DNA from: Lytechinus pictus
Lineage: Eukaryota
DNA: 64,000 bases
Direction: 5' to 3'
Assembly: GCF_037042905.1 (NCBI RefSeq)
Contig: NC_087254.1
Coordinates: 20,026,001-20,090,000, forward strand
Under the pieces are notes generated by a model. That model was not told where the DNA came from and did not search any database. It was given only the letters and a program-made list of their open reading frames with translations. Below are positions 10,587 to 20,726 of this stretch, piece after piece; position 1 is the first letter of the stretch; each line of letters opens with the position of its first letter. The translations under genes and the position numbers were made by a program.

Positions 10587-11242
10587 ATGGGAAAACACGA
10601 GTATAGAGGAGTACGAGCCCAGCGGGCTATGAATCTCGCAGCAGCTAGACGTGAGGAAAAAGAGAAAATGAAGCGTATGAAATATGGATACTACGACCCG
10701 AGTCGACCAGAGTTCTACCCCAGATCCTTGGCTCGTCCAACGACACCCCGCCCTCAGAGTGCAGGTCTGGCAATGAGGGGTACAGAGGCACGTGATATTG
10801 GCATAGACTTGGGACCTGCCCCTGAGAAGCCGAAGGAAACGGTACGATCAACATCCTGGAAGTATCTCCACACGTGTGTTGGCATCATGGCTTTAGCAAT
10901 GGTCGGAATTGGACTTCTTGTGGGGATCACCTCCCATTGGGTGACCAGTAGAGCTGGACAGGCTGGTATCGGTCTCATCTGCGGTGGGGTCGGACTCGTC
11001 ATAGGCGTCATCATCTTCGCATTCATACGGCTCAAGCACGCCAAGATGAAAGAAAAGAGGAGAGAAAAGAAGAAGGCAAAGACTGCTCTTGAAGCCGGTA
11101 AAAGTGGTGGGAAAGCGATTCAGACGAAAGGTACAGCTCAAGATCTTCCGATGAGACCAATGTCAAGCAAACCGAACAGGCCAACGAAGAGCAGGAACGA
11201 GACGAAGGAGGAGAGGGAGGAGACAAGTTCATATGAAGAAAG
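10587..11242 (+). CDS. Coding exon 1 of uncharacterised 2-TM protein B (polybasic juxtamembrane region); ~298 aa when spliced
   Basis: Upstream 5'UTR intron (donor G|GTAAGT 9525, acceptor tttgcAG 10376-77), Kozak-like aaaATGg at 10587, two Gly-rich TM helices, then RLKHAKMKEKRREKKKAK; candidate donor AG|GTAGTA at 11243 (phase 2). Unspliced ORF stops at 11246. Confidence 0.8.
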
Positions 11243-11653
11243 GTAGTACTTTGTCATGTTCATGTCTAACTCATACTTTTCCGGACTTTTTTGCATTTAC
11301 TACGGGGAAACTCTCTGCAACGATCAATTCCTTTAAAAATGCAAATCAAATCACAATGGAGAGCTAAAAGGCTTTTGTCGAAAGTTGATGGACCGGGACA
11401 GCATCGGAATCTCTTGACTGTAGACAACGACTTATTTGCAATTGTTCGTCCGGTGCAAATATTCGTATGATCTGCTCTGCCATTTCACTAACTTTCGTCA
11501 AAAGCCTTTCAGCTCCCCATTGTGATTTTAATTGCATTTCAAAAGGAATCAAGTGTTTGTAGGGACTTTCCCGTAGTAAATGCGAAAACTACCTATTTAA
11601 TCTATGGGCACACAGTAGAACTTGTAGAAAAACAAGGCAAAATAAAGTATATG

Positions 11654-11893
11654 CAGTGGCGTAAGGGGGGCGGCTTTGAGGGCTCTTGCCCCCTCCAATT
11701 TCTTCAAGATCAAGAAAAAAGAGGAAATGAAAGAGAGAAGGGTGAAATCTTCGGAATATTCTGAATATGTCAAATTCTATCCGTTTTTTTTTGCGAGCTC
11801 GCCTTGCTCGCTCGCAACTTTGTTTTTTGAATAAATTTTACGCGGTACGCCAAATTTAGATCACCTCAAAGTTTTTGGCTCATTACGCTACTA
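11654..11893. mobile_element. hAT-like MITE (CAGTGGCGTA termini)
   Basis: TIR cagtggcgtaa / ttacgctacta; imperfect 8-bp TSD agtatatg / agtataat. Confidence 0.65.
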
Positions 11894-11936
11894 AGTATAA
11901 TTATGATAATGATTGGGGTCCAAAAAGCAGTGCTCG

Positions 11937-12181
11937 CACTAGCGTACCTAACGGGGGGGGGGGGCAGGGGGACAGACTGCCCCCCCCCTGACGAGTCACA
12001 ACTCATGCAGAGGACGTATCCCTGCCCCCCTGACGAGTCACAACTCACGCAGAGGACGTATCCCTCCCCCTGACGAGTCACAACTGATCCATTTTTTTTT
12101 GCTTGTCAAATTTTTTCGAGGACGAAATCTCCTCCAAAAAATTTGCCCCCCCCCCTTTGGAAAATCCTAGGTACGCTGCTG
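11937..12181. mobile_element. hAT-like MITE with internal ~42-bp tandem triplication
   Basis: TIR cactagcgtacct / aggtacgctgctg; perfect 8-bp TSD agtgctcg (11929-36, 12182-89); 2.5 copies of ccctgacgagtcacaactcaYgcagaggacgtatccct. Confidence 0.85.
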
Positions 12182-12684
12182 AGTGCTCGTAAAGTACAGA
12201 TTTGATTGTTGTGAACATTCATTGATTAATTTATTTCATTTAAATAATGTTGCAGATGGGAATGGGAGAGGGAACTGTTTACACAATATATATTTGCAAA
12301 TTAGTAATCGGATGAAGAAAATGTAATTATCATCCGTAGGAAATTTATGGAATATAAGTATGATCATGACCATACTTTAGATTAAACTGTTTACAACAAA
12401 TTTTCTCATTTATTCGTATTTCCTCTCCTCAATAAACAGTGAAGAGTAAAAATGATTCAACAAAGGGAAACATTGATGATGAACTTTATAGGCATACGAA
12501 CAATTGGGGATTAAGATAAAGGAAACAAAGAGGGCCTCTTCTGTCTAAATAAATATTATCTCATGTCTATTCATCTTCATTATTTAGTTCATCATGTACT
12601 GTATACCTTCATCAATCTTCTTTCTTACACCACCCAACTTTTTTTAGTGCAGCTATCTGACATTACCTTTCTTTAAATCTTCAG

Positions 12685-12925
12685 TGGCAGTGAAGTGAAC
12701 GAGGAGACGACATCAGATACGGCCAACATCGTCCCTAGATCAGTAAGCCGAACTAGTATGAGCCTCCAAGGTTCTATCAATATGAGTGCCATTCCTGAAG
12801 ACGAGGAGGAAGAGGAGCAGGAGAATGACAACAAGGCATCGTCATCGAAAAAGACCTCGGAGAGTAAAGACTTGGATAGTAATAGTTTACCAGGTGTAAT
12901 TGTGACGTCAGAGAAAGATACGTAG
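12685..12925 (+). CDS. Probable coding exon 2 of 2-TM protein B (Ser/Glu-rich tail)
   Basis: Acceptor ctttctttaaatcttcAG at 12683-84; AG|T = Ser continues in frame SGSEVNEETT...SEKDT*; GC-richer than flanks. Confidence 0.7.
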
Positions 12926-13142
12926 TTAGTGATTGTCAATGTCTCATTGCCGCTCATAGAATGTGAACAATTTCAACCCCAAATCAAATATTAATTGATT
13001 TTTGACTATTTAGTTACACTTCTTTGGGACTTCGTTTTATTTTCCGAATTGTCGGTCATTTTGAAACATATTGTTTGTGCAAACCCGGCGTTTACCAGAT
13101 TCGAACCTCGAGGATAGCGCCAAATTAGTTCTTGATTAAGAA

Positions 13143-13232
<90 letters not shown>
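13143..13232. repeat. (TA)n microsatellite
   Basis: Directly visible. Confidence 0.95.
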
Positions 13233-13234
<2 letters not shown>

Positions 13235-14955
13235 GAGGATTATGCACCCTGAGAGTAATGAGAACGTTTTCTAATGGGATGTTAACAAAAAAAATCACTA
13301 TATAGGCAGGAACGCCTTGCTTAGTTTGCTCGTTCTCAGGAATTGCGCAGTTTCTTCAAGAATAATTGTGCTCACTTTTCATGATTTGATTCACTCGATC
13401 ATGTGATCATTTGATTTTTTTCGAACTCATTTTTAGATAGTTACCAAATTTAGAATTACCATTAAAAGTTCACCACCCTTCTCAGTACCCGGATTAAAAA
13501 AAAAATCGGTGGTTAAAAAAAGGTATGACATTTTTAGGCTTTGATTGATTTCACAAACAGCTTATACGTACAGCGCGGTAAGTATGCAACTGAAGGAGTC
13601 GATTGATCACAACATAACTAGGATCATGACGATAAATGTATGTTTCTCACATTCAAACAGAATGTTATAAACAAACAGAATATGAAAATATACATAAAAC
13701 AACAAGTCAATACAACTACAAGGTAAAAGGTGAACTCCATTCAACCTTGCAAAGGTAACCAGAAAAAAAAAACTAATTTGCATGTTTTTTATTACGAGTT
13801 GATTATCATGATTATGAACGTGTTTTCATATTTAGTGGCTGAATTAAAACGACATTAAATTTTGTTGGCTTAATTTTTTTAGTACGATTTTCTTTTGACT
13901 GATCATATATCTGATATGATGACTATAGATATTAAATATTTATTTTGTTTTATTTTTGTTCTGACTACTAATTTTCACTTAAAAAAATATTAAAAAACAC
14001 GATAAATACATTATGTATTTTAATTATTTGTGGATATGATTTTCGTTATATTTTGACATTGGAAATAAAAATAAAATCGGTAATGAATAAAACTTCCATA
14101 TAATCATCATTCCTTTTGTTTTGTGCAGATCAATTTTTTATTACTATTATTTTTGATGCTGTTGTTTTTTCCGATGTTTCCATAACACGACAGTATTCTT
14201 GGGGGTTAAGCGTTCCTTGCACCAAATCGTTGTCTAATGGATGGAAGTAAATAAAAAAGAATAATACGGCGTTGTTAAATGATGATCTGTCGCTTTGGGG
14301 TGAGTGTGAGTGTGTGTGTGTGTGGGTGGGGGGGGCAGAGATAGAGAGCAAGTACTAGTAAGTGATTGTTCATAATATTCAAGTAGGAAATCTCCCGTCA
14401 GTGACTGTTGCCGGTGTGTTACGCTGGAAAAGCATCCTCCCTTTTCCAAAATACGTTGCGGGAAAGGGGACTTTTCCCCACAATTTTTCTGGATGAGACA
14501 TTAACGGAATGCCAATATATTGCAAAGGGTATATTGCTGGAATGGTACCTGTACTAGTCATCTTAGAATATTCGCACACAGAAATGTTTAAAAATCAATG
14601 TTATCACTGAAATCATTTTTTTTTCGGTTAGAATCCCCAAAATCTTTTACCCGTACCTCTCTTAAACTTGATAAAAAGTGTTTCATTGTTTGCTGTAAAA
14701 AAATGTGATTCATCGAGGCAAAAATATATTATGCCGATCATTTTTTTATTTCATTTATTTCCACAATAAGAGCAACACCAGTACATTTTTAATTATATCT
14801 CAATCACTATCACAATTACAATTAAACTTACATTTGAAATATAACAATTTGATACAGTATAAACATATAGTTAACTCAACAGCTGTATCATGTTTATTGT
14901 GAAGGAAATCTTGTAAAAGCATATCTTGTGAATCAGGTTCTTCAATATCGAGTTC

Positions 14956-15087
14956 NNNNNNNNNNNNNNNNNNNNNNNNNNNNNNNNNNNNNNNNNNNNN
15001 NNNNNNNNNNNNNNNNNNNNNNNNNNNNNNNNNNNNNNNNNNNNNNNNNNNNNNNNNNNNNNNNNNNNNNNNNNNNNNNNNNNNNNN
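14956..15087. other. Assembly gap (N run)
   Basis: N characters. Confidence 1.
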
Positions 15088-15477
15088 TTTGGCAACTCTT
15101 TTATTTAAATATTTTGTGAAAGAAATGGATGAAGAGAACAATGGTAGGCGTAGCTTAAATCAAGGTTCCCCAGAGCTAACTACCCTTTGGAAAAATTGGT
15201 GATGCCGAAAAATAAAACCTCAAACAATCCCATACCAAGTGGATGTATATATATATATATATATATATAAATGTGTAAAGTTATACATGTACAACAGCTT
15301 TGGCAACTCTTTTATTTAAATATTGTAAAGAATTGGATGAAGAGAACAATGGTAACCCACCTTCACCCGACAAAGGAAACCCACCTTCACCCGACAAAGG
15401 AAATTATAATTGGTATAGTGTTGAAAATCTGTCTATCTGACGGTCAAGCGGATCGGGGTCGCCCTAGCCACTAACCC

Positions 15478-15549
15478 GTCTCTGTGGTCTAGTGGTTAAG
15501 GCACCGGTGTTCAAAGCTGGGGGCCCGGGTTCGATTCCCGGCAGAGACA
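15478..15549 (+). tRNA. tRNA-Glu-derived tRNA-like gene with TCA anticodon (opal-suppressor-like; probably repeat-borne/pseudo)
   Basis: Acceptor gtctctg/cagagac (7/7), D stem gtct/aggc, anticodon stem ccggt/gctgg (2 G-U), loop gt-TCA-aa, 4-nt variable loop, T arm ccggg-ttcgatt-cccgg, discriminator A; intact A and B boxes. Confidence 0.65.
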
Positions 15550-15555
15550 TTTTTT
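15550..15555 (+). terminator. RNA polymerase III terminator (T6)
   Basis: TTTTTT immediately after the discriminator base of the tRNA-like gene. Confidence 0.6.
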
Positions 15556-15644
15556 CGGCATCACCAATTTTTCCAAAGGGTAGATAGCTCTGGGGAACCT
15601 TGATTTAAGCTACGCCTACCATTGTTCTCTTCATCCAATTCTTT

Positions 15645-15680
<36 letters not shown>

Positions 15681-15795
15681 CACAAAAGGTTTAGTAAATG
15701 CCGTAGAAATAAAATCGTAGATTTTAAAAGAAGCATAGCTCTACGGCATTTACTAAACCTTTTGTGATTATTCTATTCCTTATGCCGAAGCAGAC

Positions 15796-15876
<81 letters not shown>

Positions 15877-16601
15877 TTAGATATAAAATTTAAAATGCGC
15901 TATTTGAGATTTTTTTCTACTCTGAATACGTGAATATGATTCACTTATTGTCATTTTCATCAAACGTGTGTTTCACTACTGGTAATGCTGACACCATTGC
16001 GTACACCGCATGAAAAGCAAGGGGGGGGGAACCATTTGGAAAATATGTGCCGAGGCACATATTTTCCAAATGGTTATTATATTCATCACATTATGAATGC
16101 ATGGCCAAAGGTAAATGTATTTTTTTTTCATGAGTAAATAAAGCGCTATTATCATTTTCTCAAGTTCACTGAACCTCATCGAATCTGTTAATAGCGTCTT
16201 TCACGCGGCTATTGAAGTCTTTCCGTATCGAGCTATCGCATACTTCATGAACAAGGTATCGCCATGCACTTGCTGTAGATAATCACAAACCTAAGTAAAT
16301 AATGTGTAGTTGATATCTGGCATCCTTTAGTGTAGTTTATGTTTGGATCATTGGTATTTTAGCCATCGTATTCGTGAATTGTCTGGTCACTTCAGTTTTA
16401 CATGGCGGTCTTGTGACAGATTTGCAACATAGGGGAAATTAAGACCCCAATTAAGAGCCCATCTCCGAAATTCGGACACAATTTGCCCTAGACAACTACT
16501 GAGAGATGAAGGTTTGCAAAAGGTAAGGAAGTAGATACACCCGTCCATGATGCCCCTTTACATTGATCATCTGCAGTGACTATACTCTGAACGTTGCAGC
16601 G

Positions 16602-16869
16602 ATGGATGTTTTAACAGATATTGAACTTCAGGCAATCGCAGAGGAGGTTGGAGTGGAAATAGGCAGACTTGGTCAGTATTTAGGCTTCCCACATCACAAA
16701 GTTCAGTTTTACCAGTTACGTAATCGTATGACATGGTCATTCTCTGGAACCATGGAGTTGTTGTATTGTTGGAGGAGGAAAACGCGATTCACCAAGGATC
16801 AGAGAACAGTATTGATGAGCAGCCTCTCAGCTGCTGGTCTCGGAGATCTCGCCGACAGAATCCAGCAAG
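16602..16869 (+). CDS. NLR-like gene exon 1: Death domain
   Basis: MDVLTDIELQAIAEEVG...LGQYLGF...MELLYCWRRK...LMSSLSAAGLGDLADRI has Death-fold spacing; donor CAAG|GTAGTT at 16870 (phase 1). Confidence 0.8.
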
Positions 16870-16919
16870 GTAGTTTTAAAAGAAGTCATTTTGTTTATTA
16901 TTTATTATCACCATTTTTA

Positions 16920-17080
16920 TGACGATGGTGATCATCATTATTATTGTCATTATTATTATCATTATTATCAGCATTATTATTATTATCATTATTATCATCA
17001 TTATCATATCAGCATTATTATATATCAATATTACTATTCTTATTCTTATTACCAAAATTATCATTATTATGATTATCATT
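16920..17080. repeat. Intronic (ATT/ATC)n microsatellite
   Basis: Directly visible. Confidence 0.9.
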
Positions 17081-17719
17081 ATGTTTCTATTTTTTGTTTG
17101 TTTATTTATTTTTCGGTATTCAATTCCATGTAGGCAAGTTCACCAAATTCCAATTTCTGCAAAAATAGCATTACGATATGGTTTTATTGCCTCGCCTACA
17201 TAGCATAACGACACTATAGGCGCAACACTGAAATCTTAAAAAGTTATTTTTTTAAAATGTCATTATACCTTGGGAAGTGGATATGGGTCTAATTCATGGA
17301 ATTTTGGACACAAGGGAGATCAATGCATTGCTGATCATTTTAAGTGAGTTTCAGGGCACAATATCAAGGTCAACGGTCATTTAGAGTTATCGAACTACAT
17401 GAATTGTGTTTTTTTGAATAATTATTCATCCTAGTTATTTTCCAAATAAGCATTGCTGCTATGGCTGCTATATTGGATCGCGTATCGCAGGCGAGACTGC
17501 CAGATGCGTTCCATTGGTAAAATATTGAGCCCCAGAATTCAATATTTCTGTTAACGCTTTCTTTCTTTTCGTTAGCGGTCAAATTTGGACAAATTTGCAA
17601 GAGATTTCCGAGATAAACTGTTTTTTGTGCTGAATATTATGTAGTATGCATTTATCTTTCTATCGGTATTGTCAATACACAAACGTTACATACTCATTTG
17701 CACTTGTTCTTTTGTGCAG

Positions 17720-19290
17720 GTGAATTTATTGCACAAGGGCAAAACACAGATGAATATGCCTCTACAAGGCCCATAGCCACGAAGAAGGTTCTTGTCTACA
17801 TGGTCTACGCTAGTTCGTTCTTTGTCCCTATCGCTAGTACCATATGGTCTGTTTCCTGTTTGAATCTACTTTTCCTGCCAGTGGAGATCAAAGAACTTCG
17901 GGGGCATCTTATAAGTTACTACGAGTCAAGCGTTTGCGACTTGAAGACTGTTCCATGGAACTCCTCCAGTATTTTAAAGCTTGATGAATTGTACATCAAT
18001 TTAAATCTCTTAAATCATGACTTCAACAAAGGAAACGGATTGGTACGGAAACCTATTTCCCATTCAGAGCTTTTCGACCTGAAAGCAAAGAGCGGCAAAG
18101 TTGCAAAGAGGGTTCTCATTACAGGCGACGCAGGGACCGGTAAGACAACATTGTCTTGTAAAATAGCCCATGATTGGAGTAGGTGTTTGTGGGGATTCTC
18201 CATCAGATGCACTCCTATTGTAATCCTTCTTCAGCTACGGTTGGTAGACCCTAAAAACAGTCTTGGCCAGGAGATCTTGAACCAAGGTCTGGTACCAACA
18301 GATCGGCATGGTACTATAACAGCTGACTTGATCGACAACTATGTCAGCCGGAATCCAGAGAATGCTATCATTATCTTTGATGGATACGACGAGTATGTGG
18401 ATGGAAGTTTAAAGGAAATTACTAAAGGAGGGATCTTTGATATTCTCAGATATAAATCATTCAGGAACACGATTGTATTGGTCACTTGTAGGCCATGGCG
18501 AGAAGCAGACTTTGACGATATCCCTGACTATACTCACATCGAATTGACAGGATTCAATAATTCAAACGTGGTAGCATTTGTGAAGAATTTCTTTGGTCAC
18601 AACGAGAAGAAATCCGATAAGCTTCTGACATGGTTGTTTGGTGACGAGTACCTTGAATCAGCAGACCGACTACTGCAGGAACCAGAGGCCATAACCTGTG
18701 ATTATGATTACTCCAATTGTAGTATGAAAACCGTGTCCTACATGGCAAGGTACCCCCTATTTCTGACCATGTTTTGCGAGCTCTCAAAGAACGAAGACTT
18801 CCTGGTAGAGTCCTATAAGGTCTCTGACGTGTTCAATCATATCATAGAATACATGTACGAACAATACATAAATAAAATAAAAGACAGCAGAAGGGTAACA
18901 GACCTTGTTGATTTCGACTGTTTAAAGGTTAATTTGGGAAAACCAGCATACGAAGGGTTTCAGGTACAAACAGATGAGACTCCCAAGGAGAAAACTGTGT
19001 TCACTGTCGAAGAATTCGAAAACGACACAATATTCAGATTGGGAAGTGAAATCGGGTTCCTCACCAACATTCCAGAGCACAACTATTACCGAAACATAAT
19101 GCCTCGACGAAAGGTCTACACCACTGAGTTCTTCCATAAGTTTGCCCAAGGGTATTTCGCATCTTGCTACCTTATGCATATCCAAAAGAAAGCAGTCAAA
19201 AGAGTGACTCCGGGAGGACGCTTCTACGTACAATCGTATGAACCACCATCAGGTTTTTATGGTATCGTCGGCAGGTTGGACAAGAACTGA
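17720..19290 (+). CDS. NLR-like gene exon 2: NACHT NTPase + helical/winged-helix region (spliced protein ~612 aa, no LRRs seen)
   Basis: Acceptor ttcttttgtgcAG 17718-19, phase-compatible (G|GT); VPW..LDELYINL, Walker A GDAGTGKT, Walker B IIIFDGYDE, sensor-1 LVTCRP, YPLFLTMFC, winged helix EFFHKFAQGYFAS; stop TGA 19288-90. Confidence 0.88.
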
Positions 19291-20726
19291 ATTTGGGTAA
19301 CCTTACCATTTTTAATGGTTATTGTTGAGGGAACTAGGAACGCCTGATTTAATACAAACTTGATCGTGTGCATAAATCAATTCACTCAAAGAAAGGCAAT
19401 TAATTAGCATAAGTGATTCATGGATCAGATGTAATTGGACCACCTGATTATTAATAAAAATCGGTTATATGAATAGTATATTAAACTGACTGTTCTACTG
19501 CAGTATAAAATACTTTCCTAAAAAATAAGATCGACCTAATTGGGTCGGAGAAGAAAGTTTGGAGCCAATGCTTGATAAGAGCAAATATGAATTGCAACAT
19601 TGCGAAGTTTGTTATTTTAAGTAGAACTGATTATGTCCCTCGCACTTTTGCCTAAATAACCATCTAATCACCTTCCTTTATCTATCTTGTTATATATGTT
19701 CTTTCTTATCCTATCTTTGTCATTTCACGTCATTCTTCCTCTTCTTGTCCTGCTTCTGACGCACAACTCACGGTGTGACTGAACGCGCAACGCAGGTCAA
19801 CTCTGGAAGATTTCTTTACATTTTCTATTTCCTCGGGGGATTTCCACACACATCACATGAATTGAACGCATCAATAGATTCACCACCTCACTCAAACTCT
19901 TGGAATACTCTTGTATGGCGACGGTACATCCAGATTTGAAATGAATATCAGTTTATTCTATTCCCACTGATGTAGGAGAATAGGCAGTGAAATAGTGAAA
20001 TTATAGTGAACTCGACTTACCATCTTTATGAATTTTGTTTCGTTTGAAGTTACCAGAGTTCATTGGTTGATGAAGGGGGTGGGACTGCTTTTGATGGTAA
20101 GAGGAAATGAGCATAAAAGTTGTAGAGGTTGGAGGGATGATGGTTGTGAGATTCGGTGTGGTGTGATTCTGACTGAATCACTATATTTCAAAGAATCACT
20201 TATCATGCTTATCGTGCACCAGTGAAGTTTTGATGCTTTTGGATGACTTAGTCTTCAGTCATACTGTTGTCAGCAAGAACGAAGGAGTACCTCTCGTTGA
20301 TATACCGACCTGAAAATCTGAATGTACTCGACATGTTCTTTGGTAAGGCATTTATCCTTTTTTCATATACCAGGTACCTGGGAGAAAACATTGAGTCCTC
20401 GTTCAACTAGCACTTATGCTTTCTACTCTTGCACGTGAAATAAATCCCGACCATAACCATTTACCAATAAAAGGATTTACCACGTTAACGATTTCGACTC
20501 TAGTAAGTTGTCCTAAAAGTATTTGGCCATACATACCATGCCGTCAGAGTTTTATTGTCAGGGAAGCCTGGGTATGATTAACTGTCCCTGTCCAACCGTT
20601 ACTCAACCACACAATGGAAAGTTGTGTAAGATGGGTGTTTATTGAGCAGTCCCCATACAGAGAGTGGCCATTCTGTTGAGATTATCCAGGGTACCTACGA
20701 AGATGGATTCTTCTAGGGCACAGTCC

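Larger units (their letters stand above)
15088..15870. mobile_element. Cluster of (TA)n-embedded repeat fragments with inverted partial duplications (Penelope-like insertion pattern)
   Basis: 15088-15213 and 15270-15354 are reverse-orientation copies of the tail of the unit at 15355-15650; 15677-15707 is a perfect 31-bp inversion of 15740-15770; segments are separated by TA runs. Family assignment is inference. Confidence 0.55.

Noticed and set aside
11988-12130. Repeated CTGACGAGTC...GAC(GTAT/GAAA), hammerhead-like
   Set aside because: No stem III/NUH partner could be found; lies inside a TIR/TSD-bounded DNA MITE.
14800-14955. Minus-strand peptide ELDIEEPDSQDMLLQDFLHNKHD next to a gap
   Set aside because: Too short and truncated by Ns to assign.
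15478-15549. Selenocysteine tRNA
   Set aside because: Short variable loop and standard 7/5 fold; tRNA-Sec needs a long variable arm and extended acceptor/D stems.
16563-16700. 2A/StopGo (DxExNPGP) leader known from some sea urchin NLRs and LINEs
   Set aside because: No NPGP motif in the NLR or Rex1 translations.
19730-19940. GC-richer stretch between NLR and GPCR as a possible extra exon
   Set aside because: Minus-strand frames checked are broken by stops and no domain motif is recognisable; may be UTR.
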